Counted from the stretch's first letter, positions 29,993-38,330 are shown. The stretch: DNA of 64,000 nt from an uncultured Bacilli bacterium (GCA_910587325.1 CAJUKB010000001.1:53883-117882), one strand, 5' to 3'. Numbers and translations are program-made. The notes: a model not told the origin generated them from the sequence alone.

Positions 29993-30340
29993 TTAATCAC
30001 TACTTTCTTTTTCCGAATTTTTATTACTTGAAGATAAAAATGTTACTTTTTCTGCAATAACTTCCATAATAAATTTTTTATTTTTTTCTTCATCTTCGTA
30101 ATTTCTAGTTTGTAATCTTCCTTTAATGCCTACAACATCTCCGGTATGGCAATACTCAAAAGTATTTAATGCAATGTTATTCCACAATACACAACGAATA
30201 AAATCGGTTTCGTAAATACCTTCACTATTTTTAAAGGGACGATTAACGGCAACCGTTATAACACTTCTTTGTTTTTCATTATCAATTGAAGATACTTCTG
30301 GTTCTGCACAAAGTCTTCCAACGAGTACGACTTGATTCAT
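29993..30340 (-). CDS. ssb: single-stranded DNA-binding protein, short form without acidic C-terminal tip
   Basis: MNQVVLVGRLCAEPEV OB-fold N-terminus. 115 aa. Ends ...NSEKESSD, with no DDDLPF-type tail. Confidence 0.8.
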   Translation of the reverse strand: MNQVVLVGRLCAEPEVSSIDNEKQRSVITVAVNRPFKNSEGIYETDFIRCVLWNNIALNTFEYCHTGDVVGIKGRLQTRNYEDEEKNKKFIMEVIAEKVTFLSSSNKNSEKESSD

Positions 30341-30518
30341 AAAAAGTCCTCCTTTCTGTAGGCATAGTAGCAGAAAGAAAAAGAGTAAGCAAATTGCAAA
30401 TTTCTAAAATTGTAGTGTAAAAAAGGCAAATTGAAGCTCTAATTTAGCAAAAGAAAAGTTCAATTGACTAAATCGAACTCCTTTTTAACAAAATTAGTAA
30501 AATTTTAATTTTTTGTAT

Positions 30519-31811
30519 TTATTCTTTCAATAAGCGATTTATCTCTACAGCATACTCCATAGGAAGTTCTTTCTTAAAGTCCGAAATAAATCCTGTAATA
30601 ATAAGTTCTTTCGCTCTATCTTCTGTTAAACCATTGCTCATAAGATAAAATAGTTTATCTTCCTCTACTTTGGAAACCGTAGCTTCATGAGAAATTTTAG
30701 AACTATTGTTTTCTACAATATTGGTTGGATAAGTATCACTTTTTCCGGTAGAATCTAACAGAATGGTATCGCATTTTACTTCTGCAACACTTCCATAAGC
30801 CCCTTTCGTGATTCTAGTTGTTCCGCGATAATTAGCAGTTCCTCCACTTTCTGCAATGGATTTACTGATAATATTACTTTTGGTATACTTGCCTAAATGA
30901 ATCATTTTAGCACCAGCATCTAAAGCTTGGCCATTCTTAGCATAAGCAACACTTATGGAATTTCCCGTTGCATAATCTCCTTTTAAAATACATGACGGAT
31001 ACTTCATCGTTACTTTACTTCCAATATTTCCGTCAATCCATTCCATTTTTCCATGAGACTCAACAAGTGCTCTTTTGGTAACTAAGTTATACACATCGGT
31101 ACTCCAATTTTGAATAGTAGAATAGCGCATGGTAGCGTTTTCTTTTACATAGATTTCCACAACTCCGGCATGTAGGGAATTACTAGAATAACTTTTGGCT
31201 GTACAACCTTCAATATATTCTAAAGAGGCTCCTTCATCAACAATAATAATTGTTCTTTCAAATTGTCCTAAACTTTCTGTATCTATTCTAAAATAACTTT
31301 GTAAAGGTCTATCAAGCGTTGTATTTTTAGGAATATAAATAAACGTTCCCCCACTCCAAACTGCTCCATTTAAAGCGGTGTATTTATTTTCATCGTACTT
31401 GACTAAATTATTAAAATATTCTTTAAAAAGGTCGGGGTATTGTTGAAGCGCTTCATCGGTACTTAAAAAAATAATATCTTTATTGGTATTTTTTTTGTGA
31501 TAGATAACTTCACTTTCATATTGATTGGAAACTCCATCTAAGTATTTATCCTCAGCATCAATTACCCCAAGATTACAAAAGGTATTTTTTACATTTTTGT
31601 CCACATTATTCCAATCATCTTTATATTTTGCATGCTCATTTTTATAATATAGAATTTCATCAAACGAAAAAGGAAGTTGAGGACCAAACTTTGGGTTTTC
31701 GAGTTCTAAAAATTTTTCATATGATTTCAAGCGGAATTCTAACATCCAATTCGGCTCTTTTTTACTTTTTGATAGTTCTATTATAAATTCTTTTGATAGA
31801 CTTTTTTTCAT
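30519..31811 (-). CDS. sufB: Fe-S cluster assembly protein SufB/SufD family
   Basis: About 430 aa with SufB-like blocks as I recall them (GGTFIYIPKN, GAKMIHLGKYTKSNIISKSIA..GG.ANYRG). ATG 31811 preferred, because a TATAAT box lies inside the longer ORF. Confidence 0.8.
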   Translation of the reverse strand: MKKSLSKEFIIELSKSKKEPNWMLEFRLKSYEKFLELENPKFGPQLPFSFDEILYYKNEHAKYKDDWNNVDKNVKNTFCNLGVIDAEDKYLDGVSNQYESEVIYHKKNTNKDIIFLSTDEALQQYPDLFKEYFNNLVKYDENKYTALNGAVWSGGTFIYIPKNTTLDRPLQSYFRIDTESLGQFERTIIIVDEGASLEYIEGCTAKSYSSNSLHAGVVEIYVKENATMRYSTIQNWSTDVYNLVTKRALVESHGKMEWIDGNIGSKVTMKYPSCILKGDYATGNSISVAYAKNGQALDAGAKMIHLGKYTKSNIISKSIAESGGTANYRGTTRITKGAYGSVAEVKCDTILLDSTGKSDTYPTNIVENNSSKISHEATVSKVEEDKLFYLMSNGLTEDRAKELIITGFISDFKKELPMEYAVEINRLLKE

Positions 31812-31911
31812 ACTAATCACAAGGAAATTATACACCAAAACGGGAGTTTAAACAATTGAAATCTATCCTCTTCTTTGCTATAATGTTTTTATAATACTAA
31901 GGAGGAGTTAC

Positions 31912-32223
31912 ATGAGTGGCAATAGCAATAAAGAAATTAATGCTGCTTATGTAGCATCTTGGAAAGAAAAAAATCCTAAATTATCTTTACTTGAGACTGA
32001 TGGAAATTATTTAAAGTATATGGAGGAAAAAATTGATATTCAAGATATCTATATGCAAGATGTTTTAATCAATTCAAATTTATTTCATAATATCCCCTAT
32101 ATAGATGCTAATAAATTATTTAATATCATTAAGCTTCATGTATATGCTATTCAAGTAAAAGAAAAAGAACTAAAGGAAAAAGTAAGGAGAATGAAAGAAT
32201 ATGATTATAGAACCAATGGATGA
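31912..32223 (+). CDS. hypothetical protein
   Basis: 103-aa ORF with AGGAGG RBS. Confidence 0.5.
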   Translation: MSGNSNKEINAAYVASWKEKNPKLSLLETDGNYLKYMEEKIDIQDIYMQDVLINSNLFHNIPYIDANKLFNIIKLHVYAIQVKEKELKEKVRRMKEYDYRTNG

Positions 32224-32608
32224 TTTAGTAACAGTAGAAGAATATTTTGCTATTTTAGCTCGTGAAGGGAATTTAACTCCGAAAGACATAATGCAAAAAA
32301 AGCGTTTTGAATGGTTTATTACAAATTGTGAAAAAAATCAAGATTTACTTTCTCCTGCTACTGAAGATATATATGCAAAGTATAAAAAATGTCTAGTCTC
32401 TCTATCTTTAAAAGAAAATCAAACACAAGCAGAAAAAGAGATAGTTATAGATTATCAAAGGAAGGTTTTGGAAATGGAAGAAGAAAAAGAACAAGAATAC
32501 ACAAGAAAATTAGTAGATAAAGCAGGATATGTAAATGCGACTATTATCTTAGTTATGATACTAAATATTGGTTTTATTATTGCTATGGCACTTTTAGGAA
32601 GTAAGTAA
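32201..32608 (+). CDS. hypothetical protein with C-terminal TM helix
   Basis: 135-aa ORF overlapping the previous one. C-terminal ATIILVMILNIGFIIAMALLG. Confidence 0.5.
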   Translation: MIIEPMDDLVTVEEYFAILAREGNLTPKDIMQKKRFEWFITNCEKNQDLLSPATEDIYAKYKKCLVSLSLKENQTQAEKEIVIDYQRKVLEMEEEKEQEYTRKLVDKAGYVNATIILVMILNIGFIIAMALLGSK

Positions 32609-32634
32609 GCATTCTAAAACGGAATGCTTTTTTA
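32607..32634 (+). terminator. rho-independent terminator
   Basis: AAGCATTC (32607-32614) pairs with GAATGCTT (32622-32629), then a T-run. Confidence 0.6.
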
Positions 32635-32653
32635 TTGCATGAAAAAAAGCCTA

Positions 32654-32914
32654 TTATTTGGCTTCTACAATTAATTTAATGGCGGTTTTTTGTTCCCCAT
32701 TTATCACAATATCACTAAATGCAGGGATTACGACTAAATTTTCACCACTTGGAGCAACAAAACCTCTCGCAATCGCTACGGCTTTAATGGCTTGGTTTAA
32801 ACTTCCTGCTCCAATCGTTTGTATTTCAACTGATTTACTTTCACGATAAATATTCGCTATCGCTCCCGCTACCTTACTAGGGTTTGATTTTGATGATACT
32901 TTTAATATTTCCAT
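32654..32914 (-). CDS. spoVS: stage V sporulation protein S
   Basis: 86 aa. MEILKVSSKSNPSKVAGAIANIYRE...IGAGSLNQAIKAVAIARGFVAPSG...IPAF...KLIVE is nearly collinear with B. subtilis SpoVS as I recall it. Confidence 0.92.
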   Translation of the reverse strand: MEILKVSSKSNPSKVAGAIANIYRESKSVEIQTIGAGSLNQAIKAVAIARGFVAPSGENLVVIPAFSDIVINGEQKTAIKLIVEAK

Positions 32915-32969
32915 AAATCCTCCTTCAATTTGTATAGTAAACTATATGAAAAAAGATGAGAAAAAATAC

Positions 32970-33479
32970 TCAAGATTCTTCAATAAAGTTTTTACTTTTA
33001 TGGGGTTCATCAAACAATAAATCAAGGTAATTTTGTTGTCTTAAGGCTTCATAAATCATAATCGCAACCGTATTGGAAAGATTTAGGGAACGCACCTTAT
33101 CGGTCATTGGCATACGCATGCAATTTTCTAGATATGGTTTTAAAATATGTGGTGGAATTCCTGTACTTTCCTTCCCAAAGAAAAAATAAATATTTTCATT
33201 TGTATTACTATAATTAAAACTAGTATGAGGTTTATGACCATATCTTGTTAGAAAATAGTAAGTTCCTTCATTTTTAGAAAAAAATTCTTCTATATTTTCA
33301 TACACAGTATAATCACAATGTTCTATGTAATTGACTCCACTTCTTTTAATGTATTTTTCATCTAGGGAAAAACCAAGTGGTTTAATCAAATGCAATTTTG
33401 TCCCTGTTGCGACACAAGTACGCATAATATTTCCTGTATTTCCTGGAATTTCCGGTTCAAATAAAACAACGTTTAACAT
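32970..33479 (-). CDS. trmL: tRNA (cytidine/uridine-2'-O)-methyltransferase TrmL (SpoU family)
   Basis: VVLFEPEIPGNTGNIMRTC and RSLNLSNTVAIMIYEALRQ motifs. Confidence 0.85.
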   Translation of the reverse strand: MLNVVLFEPEIPGNTGNIMRTCVATGTKLHLIKPLGFSLDEKYIKRSGVNYIEHCDYTVYENIEEFFSKNEGTYYFLTRYGHKPHTSFNYSNTNENIYFFFGKESTGIPPHILKPYLENCMRMPMTDKVRSLNLSNTVAIMIYEALRQQNYLDLLFDEPHKSKNFIEES

Positions 33480-33491
33480 ATATATCCTCCT

Positions 33492-33779
33492 TTATATAAG
33501 GTCATGGTCATCAAATCTTTTAATATCTTTCCAATCTCTTTTTAATAAAATACCATCTATGGTTTCCGTATTATAAAGTTCATCTAAATTTTTGAAAAAA
33601 ATCTCTCCACTTTGGTCTCCTTCGTTATCTCCAAATCTTTGAAAACTAACCATATTTTCAAATCCTATTATCATATATTTTTTACCATTCAACAAAAAAG
33701 GAATTTCTGGTTCCGCACCTGTTTTTACAATTTTTTCTAAATCTTCTTTAAATTCTAAATATGTTATTTTATTATTCAT
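33492..33779 (-). CDS. hypothetical protein
   Basis: 95-aa ORF, co-directional and tightly spaced. Confidence 0.5.
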   Translation of the reverse strand: MNNKITYLEFKEDLEKIVKTGAEPEIPFLLNGKKYMIIGFENMVSFQRFGDNEGDQSGEIFFKNLDELYNTETIDGILLKRDWKDIKRFDDHDLI

Positions 33780-33798
33780 AGCTTTTCGCTTCTCTCTT

Positions 33799-34134
33799 TT
33801 ATATAAATGGTTTTATTATTCCTAAAACATCCTGAAATAAAATACCCAATAAACTAAACAACAATGGCAAATAATACCGCATGAATATATCCACTTTTCT
33901 ACGATTATAATTTTTAATTCCTATTTTTTTAAACCACCATTCATAAAATTTAGTATTTTCTTTATCCTTATTCTTAAATTGATAATGTGATAAAAAACAA
34001 CCGTCGTTGGTTTCTAACATACAAATATGCATAAGTGATAATAAGGCTATATATTTCCAAGATAACCAAGTCCAAGATGTCCAAGCAATTATTGTAAGTA
34101 GAAAATGTACAATTATACTTAAAATTTTTAACAT
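33799..34134 (-). CDS. small membrane protein
   Basis: 111-aa ORF with hydrophobic N- and C-terminal segments. Confidence 0.5.
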   Translation of the reverse strand: MLKILSIIVHFLLTIIAWTSWTWLSWKYIALLSLMHICMLETNDGCFLSHYQFKNKDKENTKFYEWWFKKIGIKNYNRRKVDIFMRYYLPLLFSLLGILFQDVLGIIKPFI

Positions 34135-34178
34135 ATACTACTCACCCATTCCATTGTAACACATAAAGAAAAAAAGAC

Positions 34179-34553
34179 CTAGTAGCCTTTTTTCTTATAA
34201 TATTTATACAATTCTTTAAAACGATTAAAATGAATAATTTCTCTTTGTCTTAAGAATAGTAGTGGCCCTATAACGTCTTCATCGGTTGCAAGTTCTATTA
34301 AATTTTCATAAACCGCTCTTGCTTTTTCTTCTGCCGCCATATCCTCAGATATATCCGCAAGCACATCTCCTGTTACAGCAAAGTAGCTAGTTGTAAAAGG
34401 AACTCCACTTGCATTTGACGGATAAACTCCTAAAGCATGTTCAGAATACATATCTCCTAAACCTGCTTCCTTCATTTCTTCAACACTTGCGCCTTCTGTT
34501 AATTGTTTAATCATTGTAGCAATCATTTCCACATGCCCAAGCTCTTCTGTACG
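34179..34553 (-). pseudogene. cotJC: 3' two-thirds of spore coat protein CotJC (manganese-catalase family), truncated by prophage insertion
   Basis: The frame reads stop-RTEELGHVEMIATMIKQL...EDMAAEEKARAVYENLIELATDEDVIGPLLFLRQREIIHFNRF. Compare B. subtilis CotJC ...TDIGTEEFAHLEMIATMVYKL...EDIAAEEKARATYQWL...FLREREIVH. About 65 N-terminal codons are missing. Stop at 34554-34556. Confidence 0.8.
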
Positions 34554-34582
34554 TTAACGATAGAGATGTAAAACAGTTATAA

Positions 34583-36391
34583 TTAAAATCTAGGGTGTAT
34601 TGCTATTGAAAAGTTATTCTCGTAACCACGTCCGCCTTTTTCTTTCTTATAATCTACATAAGATATAACAGACTTTAAGAGTTTGTTTTTCTTTTCTGCT
34701 GTTTTTACTCTCCAATATGAATCAATTACTTTTTCTATTTTTGGAAGCAATTTCTCGATTTTATCTTTATTAAGTTTTGTCTGGTACTTAGATAGTTCTT
34801 TTGTTGTTGCATTTATTTTATCTTTTATTACTTTAGAGCGTTTTGTAAAATCTTCTGGAGTATATACCTCTTGTTCTAAGAGTTCGTATTGCTTATCTAA
34901 TTGTTTATTATATTTCTCTAAGTCTTTACATAATGCTTGATACATTATATTATCGTCTTCCTCGGCTGGATTATACGTCGTTAGGAGCTCTTTTTGTGTG
35001 TTTAGATACTCTCGTAACCCTTTTATAACTTCCGCCTCTACAAGCGATAAATTAGAGCCTATATTGGTACAATGTGCTTTCTGACATATCAAGGTATCTT
35101 CGTGAGGATCTATTGTGTTCTCCTCGAATGTTGTAATAGCCTTGTCAAACTCAGTAGTAGTAATGTTTAGTAGTTTCTTTAAGTCTTCCCATTTATCAGC
35201 ATAAGGCATAGTAAACTTATCTTGCGTAGAACTAAACCAATGATCTACGCTGCATTTACTAACTCCTAAAGCTGTGGCTATATCTCTTAGACTGTAATCG
35301 CCTTTATGTTCTCTTAGACATAGGCGTAGTTTTTCTTTATCTACTTCATACTTACGCCTTAGTTTAGGCTCTTGCTTTTTATTTTCATAATAAGGACGTC
35401 TTTGCATAGATCTTCCACAATCAGCACATCTAATTAAAGTAGCTAGTGGATTCTGTAATTCGGTACCATGTGTAGTACTTACTTGTTTAGGTTGGATTCC
35501 TTGAACTATATTGAATAGATCTTCTTCTATTATAGCTGGGTGCAATCCCTCGACAAGTATTATTTCGTCCTTAGTTCCTTTTTTACGTTTCTTCACAATT
35601 TGCCCGTTAACTAAGCTCTTATGTTGTTTGTTACTGTTCCACCTTATCTTACCTAGATAAACTGGATTAGATAGTATTCCTTTAATTGTGGACGGAGTCC
35701 ATACATCTGACTTTTTAGGACGAAACTCTAAAGTATTAAGCCAGTTGCATATAATATCGTGTCCCATGCCGTCAGCACGTTTCTTATACATCTCTTTTAC
35801 GACTTCTGCTTCTTCTGGTATTGGTTCTAGTGTAAAACCTTTGTCATATTTTAATTTTACCTTTTTATACCCAAAAGGAGGCTCTGACGCACAATATTTA
35901 CCAGCTAGTACGTTTGCTAACCTTTGGCGTTGCATACGTCTGTTAATAGCTTTATATTCACGCCTAGACATAAATAAACCGAACTCAAAGTATTCTTCGT
36001 CGTCGTCGCTGTTTGGATCATATATTTTATTAAGAGTAATAATTAAAGTATTTGAATACTTAAAAGCCTGTGAAATAGTACCTTGATCTTTAGAATCTCC
36101 ACGAGTAAGACGTTCTACTTCTACAACTAAAATTCCGTCAACAGTTCCAGTCTCAATGTCTTTTAAGACCTTTTGTATTTCTGGTCGTTCTTGGATTGAT
36201 TCTCCCGAAACTACTTCACGATATATATGTCGTATCTTTATACCAAGTTGTTTAGCTCTATCTTTTAAAAACTTCTCATGTTGTTTTAGCGTATCGAATT
36301 TTTTAAGTCTTTCTAGTTCCATATCGGCTCTTGATTTTCTTAAATATGCGTCATAGATCCCGTTAGGATCCAGCGTGATTACATTATACAT
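34583..36391 (-). CDS. large serine recombinase (phage integrase)
   Basis: 602 aa. Resolvase-type N-terminus AYLRKSRAD...REVVSGES. Recombinase region and zinc-ribbon CADCGRSM. Coiled-coil C-terminus. Adjacent to the cotJC junction. Confidence 0.9.
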   Translation of the reverse strand: MYNVITLDPNGIYDAYLRKSRADMELERLKKFDTLKQHEKFLKDRAKQLGIKIRHIYREVVSGESIQERPEIQKVLKDIETGTVDGILVVEVERLTRGDSKDQGTISQAFKYSNTLIITLNKIYDPNSDDDEEYFEFGLFMSRREYKAINRRMQRQRLANVLAGKYCASEPPFGYKKVKLKYDKGFTLEPIPEEAEVVKEMYKKRADGMGHDIICNWLNTLEFRPKKSDVWTPSTIKGILSNPVYLGKIRWNSNKQHKSLVNGQIVKKRKKGTKDEIILVEGLHPAIIEEDLFNIVQGIQPKQVSTTHGTELQNPLATLIRCADCGRSMQRRPYYENKKQEPKLRRKYEVDKEKLRLCLREHKGDYSLRDIATALGVSKCSVDHWFSSTQDKFTMPYADKWEDLKKLLNITTTEFDKAITTFEENTIDPHEDTLICQKAHCTNIGSNLSLVEAEVIKGLREYLNTQKELLTTYNPAEEDDNIMYQALCKDLEKYNKQLDKQYELLEQEVYTPEDFTKRSKVIKDKINATTKELSKYQTKLNKDKIEKLLPKIEKVIDSYWRVKTAEKKNKLLKSVISYVDYKKEKGGRGYENNFSIAIHPRF

Positions 36392-36663
36392 CTTGCACCT
36401 CCTTATCTTTCATAATTCTATCAACCTCTGCTTCATACTCGGCGATTTTATTCTTATCAAAGTTTTCTAAATGTCCTAGTTTGTAGTGTAACATTTCATG
36501 TATGAAACGCTTTTTCTTTTTCTATGTCAGAAAGTGAATCATTTACGATTATATAAGTACCGTTCTCGGCTTTCATAATAAAAGCTCGTACTTTAGCTGG
36601 TGCTTTTATAAACAAAAGAGTCAAATTGTCTTTTTCGGCAATTTTCGCCAACTTTCCATACAT
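36384..36663 (-). pseudogene. ImmA/IrrE-like HExxH metallopeptidase, frameshifted in an A-run
   Basis: Below the ORF-track cutoff. ATG 36663 (GGAGG RBS) reads MYGKLAKIAEKDNLTLLFIKAPAKVRAFIMKAENGTYIIVNDSLSDIEKEKAFHT-stop at 36496. The neighbouring frame reads KKKKRFIHEMLHYKLGHLENFDKNKIAEYEAEVDRIMKDKEVQDV-stop, overlapping the recombinase ATG. The switch point is GAAAAAGAAAAAG at 36509-36521. Confidence 0.55.
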
Positions 36664-36720
36664 AGGCAATACCTCCTAAGAACACGGGTACTGCTTAACT
36701 TTGTGTCTTTTTATTCCTTT

Positions 36721-37095
36721 CTATTTCTTTTCTTTTGTTTTATCAATCTTTGTAACTATATCAACAATATCAGCTACTTGGTTTAGTTCTTCGTCGTCTA
36801 ACTCTCCAAGTTTATCAAAAAGAAGACTGATCCGCTTATTTTCTATTAACTTGTTGTACTTCTCGATATTCTCTAAATTATAGGGTGTTACTTCTTCTTT
36901 TCCTAAAAGGTAGTCTGTTGTTGTATTTAGAGCTGTTGCTATTTCTGATAAGATGTCTGGTCGTGGCATTTGCAAGTTATTTATATATCTTGAGACTGCT
37001 GCTTCTGTAACACCAATTTTAGTAGCGAGTTTTCTTTGTGAGATCTTATTTTTCAATAATAGACTCTGTAACTTTCTTCCAAAATCGTTTTCCAT
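36721..37095 (-). CDS. XRE-family phage repressor (CI-like)
   Basis: HTH ISQRKLATKIGVTEAAVSRYINNLQMP. ATG 37095 with GGAGGGG RBS. Divergent from the cro-like gene. Confidence 0.85.
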   Translation of the reverse strand: MENDFGRKLQSLLLKNKISQRKLATKIGVTEAAVSRYINNLQMPRPDILSEIATALNTTTDYLLGKEEVTPYNLENIEKYNKLIENKRISLLFDKLGELDDEELNQVADIVDIVTKIDKTKEKK

Positions 37096-37173
37096 AATGT
37101 CCCCTCCAATTACCGATATTATAACACTTTTTGTCAAAAAAGAAAGAAAACTTACTAAAATGATAAAAAAGTG

Positions 37174-37202
37174 TTGACTATCTTTCCAAAATGATATACA
37201 AT
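37174..37202 (+). promoter_or_regulatory. early rightward promoter
   Basis: TTGACT (37174-37179), 17-nt spacer, TACAAT (37197-37202), directly followed by an operator repeat. Confidence 0.55.
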
Positions 37203-37210
37203 TTAGACAT

Positions 37211-37231
37211 AACTTACCGAAATAATAAGTT
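37211..37231. promoter_or_regulatory. operator-like inverted repeat AACTTACCGAAATAATAAGTT (copy 1)
   Basis: 6-bp arms AACTTA/TAAGTT around a 9-nt spacer, 9 nt downstream of the -10 box. An exact 21-bp copy lies at 37458-37478. Confidence 0.6.
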
Positions 37232-37255
37232 TCGGAGAGATTAAGGAGGTCAAAA

Positions 37256-37456
37256 ATGAATACATTGTTACTTGTGTCGAAAAGAAACCTTAAAGGGTAT
37301 TCTCAAGAGCAGACTGCTAAACTACTTAATCTGTCTAGTGTTCAATATGGAAAAAAAGAACGAGGAGAAAAAGACTTCAAAACTGGGGAGATTAAAAAAT
37401 TGAAAATACTTCTTGACTTGTCGGATCAGGACATTTTAGATATTTTTTTTAAATAA
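37256..37456 (+). CDS. Cro-like XRE-family HTH protein
   Basis: 66 aa. YSQEQTAKLLNLSSVQYGKKERG HTH. AAGGAGG RBS. Confidence 0.8.
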   Translation: MNTLLLVSKRNLKGYSQEQTAKLLNLSSVQYGKKERGEKDFKTGEIKKLKILLDLSDQDILDIFFK

Positions 37457-37457
37457 A

Positions 37458-37510
37458 AACTTACCGAAATAATAAGTTAATAAGTAAATAACTTACCGAA
37501 TAAATTTAAC
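37458..37510. promoter_or_regulatory. operator-like repeats (exact copy 2 at 37458-37478 plus half-matching copy at 37490-37510)
   Basis: AACTTACCGAAATAATAAGTT is repeated exactly. AACTTACCGAATAAATTTAAC shares the left arm. Confidence 0.5.
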
Positions 37511-37522
37511 TAGGAGGTGCCT

Positions 37523-37744
37523 ATGAAAAAGGAAAACGAAAAACCAGAAATAAAACCTAAAGTAACAATCGTTTTAGATTGTGTTCCCACTAATATTGAG
37601 GAACGCAAGAACAATATACGCAAGTTCTATGATGTATGTAACGAAGTAATAGACGATCCTAGCTGCTTTTATACAGAGCAGGAAATCGAAGAATTGAAAA
37701 ACAATCCTAAGAAACAAAAGGAATTGAATATAAAGTTTATCTAA
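37523..37744 (+). CDS. hypothetical phage protein
   Basis: ORF 37517..37744. ATG 37523 after TAGGAGG. Confidence 0.55.
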   Translation: MKKENEKPEIKPKVTIVLDCVPTNIEERKNNIRKFYDVCNEVIDDPSCFYTEQEIEELKNNPKKQKELNIKFI

Positions 37745-37764
37745 AAATATGGAGGGAAATAAAT

Positions 37765-38013
37765 ATGGAAACTAAAATCAAAGAAATATTAAAAAAATAC
37801 AATTACACTTATCAAGGATTTTATAACTTGATAGTACAAAAACACGGAGAGAGCTATATCATTGTCGACGAGTTTGAGGAGTTTTACTACGGAAGCCAAG
37901 ACTTTGATAATTTACTAGAGGATCTAACATCAGACTTAAAAAAACTTTTTGAAAATGATTCTCTTTACTTAGAGTGCGAATGTCCCGGACGTTGGGAAAT
38001 TGCTTTTATGTAA
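37765..38013 (+). CDS. hypothetical phage protein
   Basis: 82-aa ORF with GGAGGG RBS. Confidence 0.55.
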   Translation: METKIKEILKKYNYTYQGFYNLIVQKHGESYIIVDEFEEFYYGSQDFDNLLEDLTSDLKKLFENDSLYLECECPGRWEIAFM

Positions 38014-38084
38014 TAAGGATTATTAAAGGAGGTGGTCTTATGTGAAGATTAAAGTTTTAAGAAGCTAAAAAAGGAGGTGGAAAA

Positions 38085-38330
38085 ATGAGAGCTTTAAAAA
38101 GGATTAAGTGGTTAAATGTATTGGAAATTGTAGGATTTATCGGTTGTTTAGCCTTAATAGTTCACGATTTATTTATGGTTACGATTTATAGTTGGATTAC
38201 TTCTAATATGGTTGGTTGGACTTGGTTCGGATTCGTTACGTTTGTTGTAGCAATCATGATAGCAAGTATAACATTCGACGATTTAGAGGAACAATGGAAC
38301 GCAATCGAAACAAAAAAAGAGAGAGCCTAG
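38085..38330 (+). CDS. small phage membrane protein
   Basis: 81 aa with two hydrophobic helices. AAGGAGGTGG RBS. Confidence 0.6.
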   Translation: MRALKRIKWLNVLEIVGFIGCLALIVHDLFMVTIYSWITSNMVGWTWFGFVTFVVAIMIASITFDDLEEQWNAIETKKERA

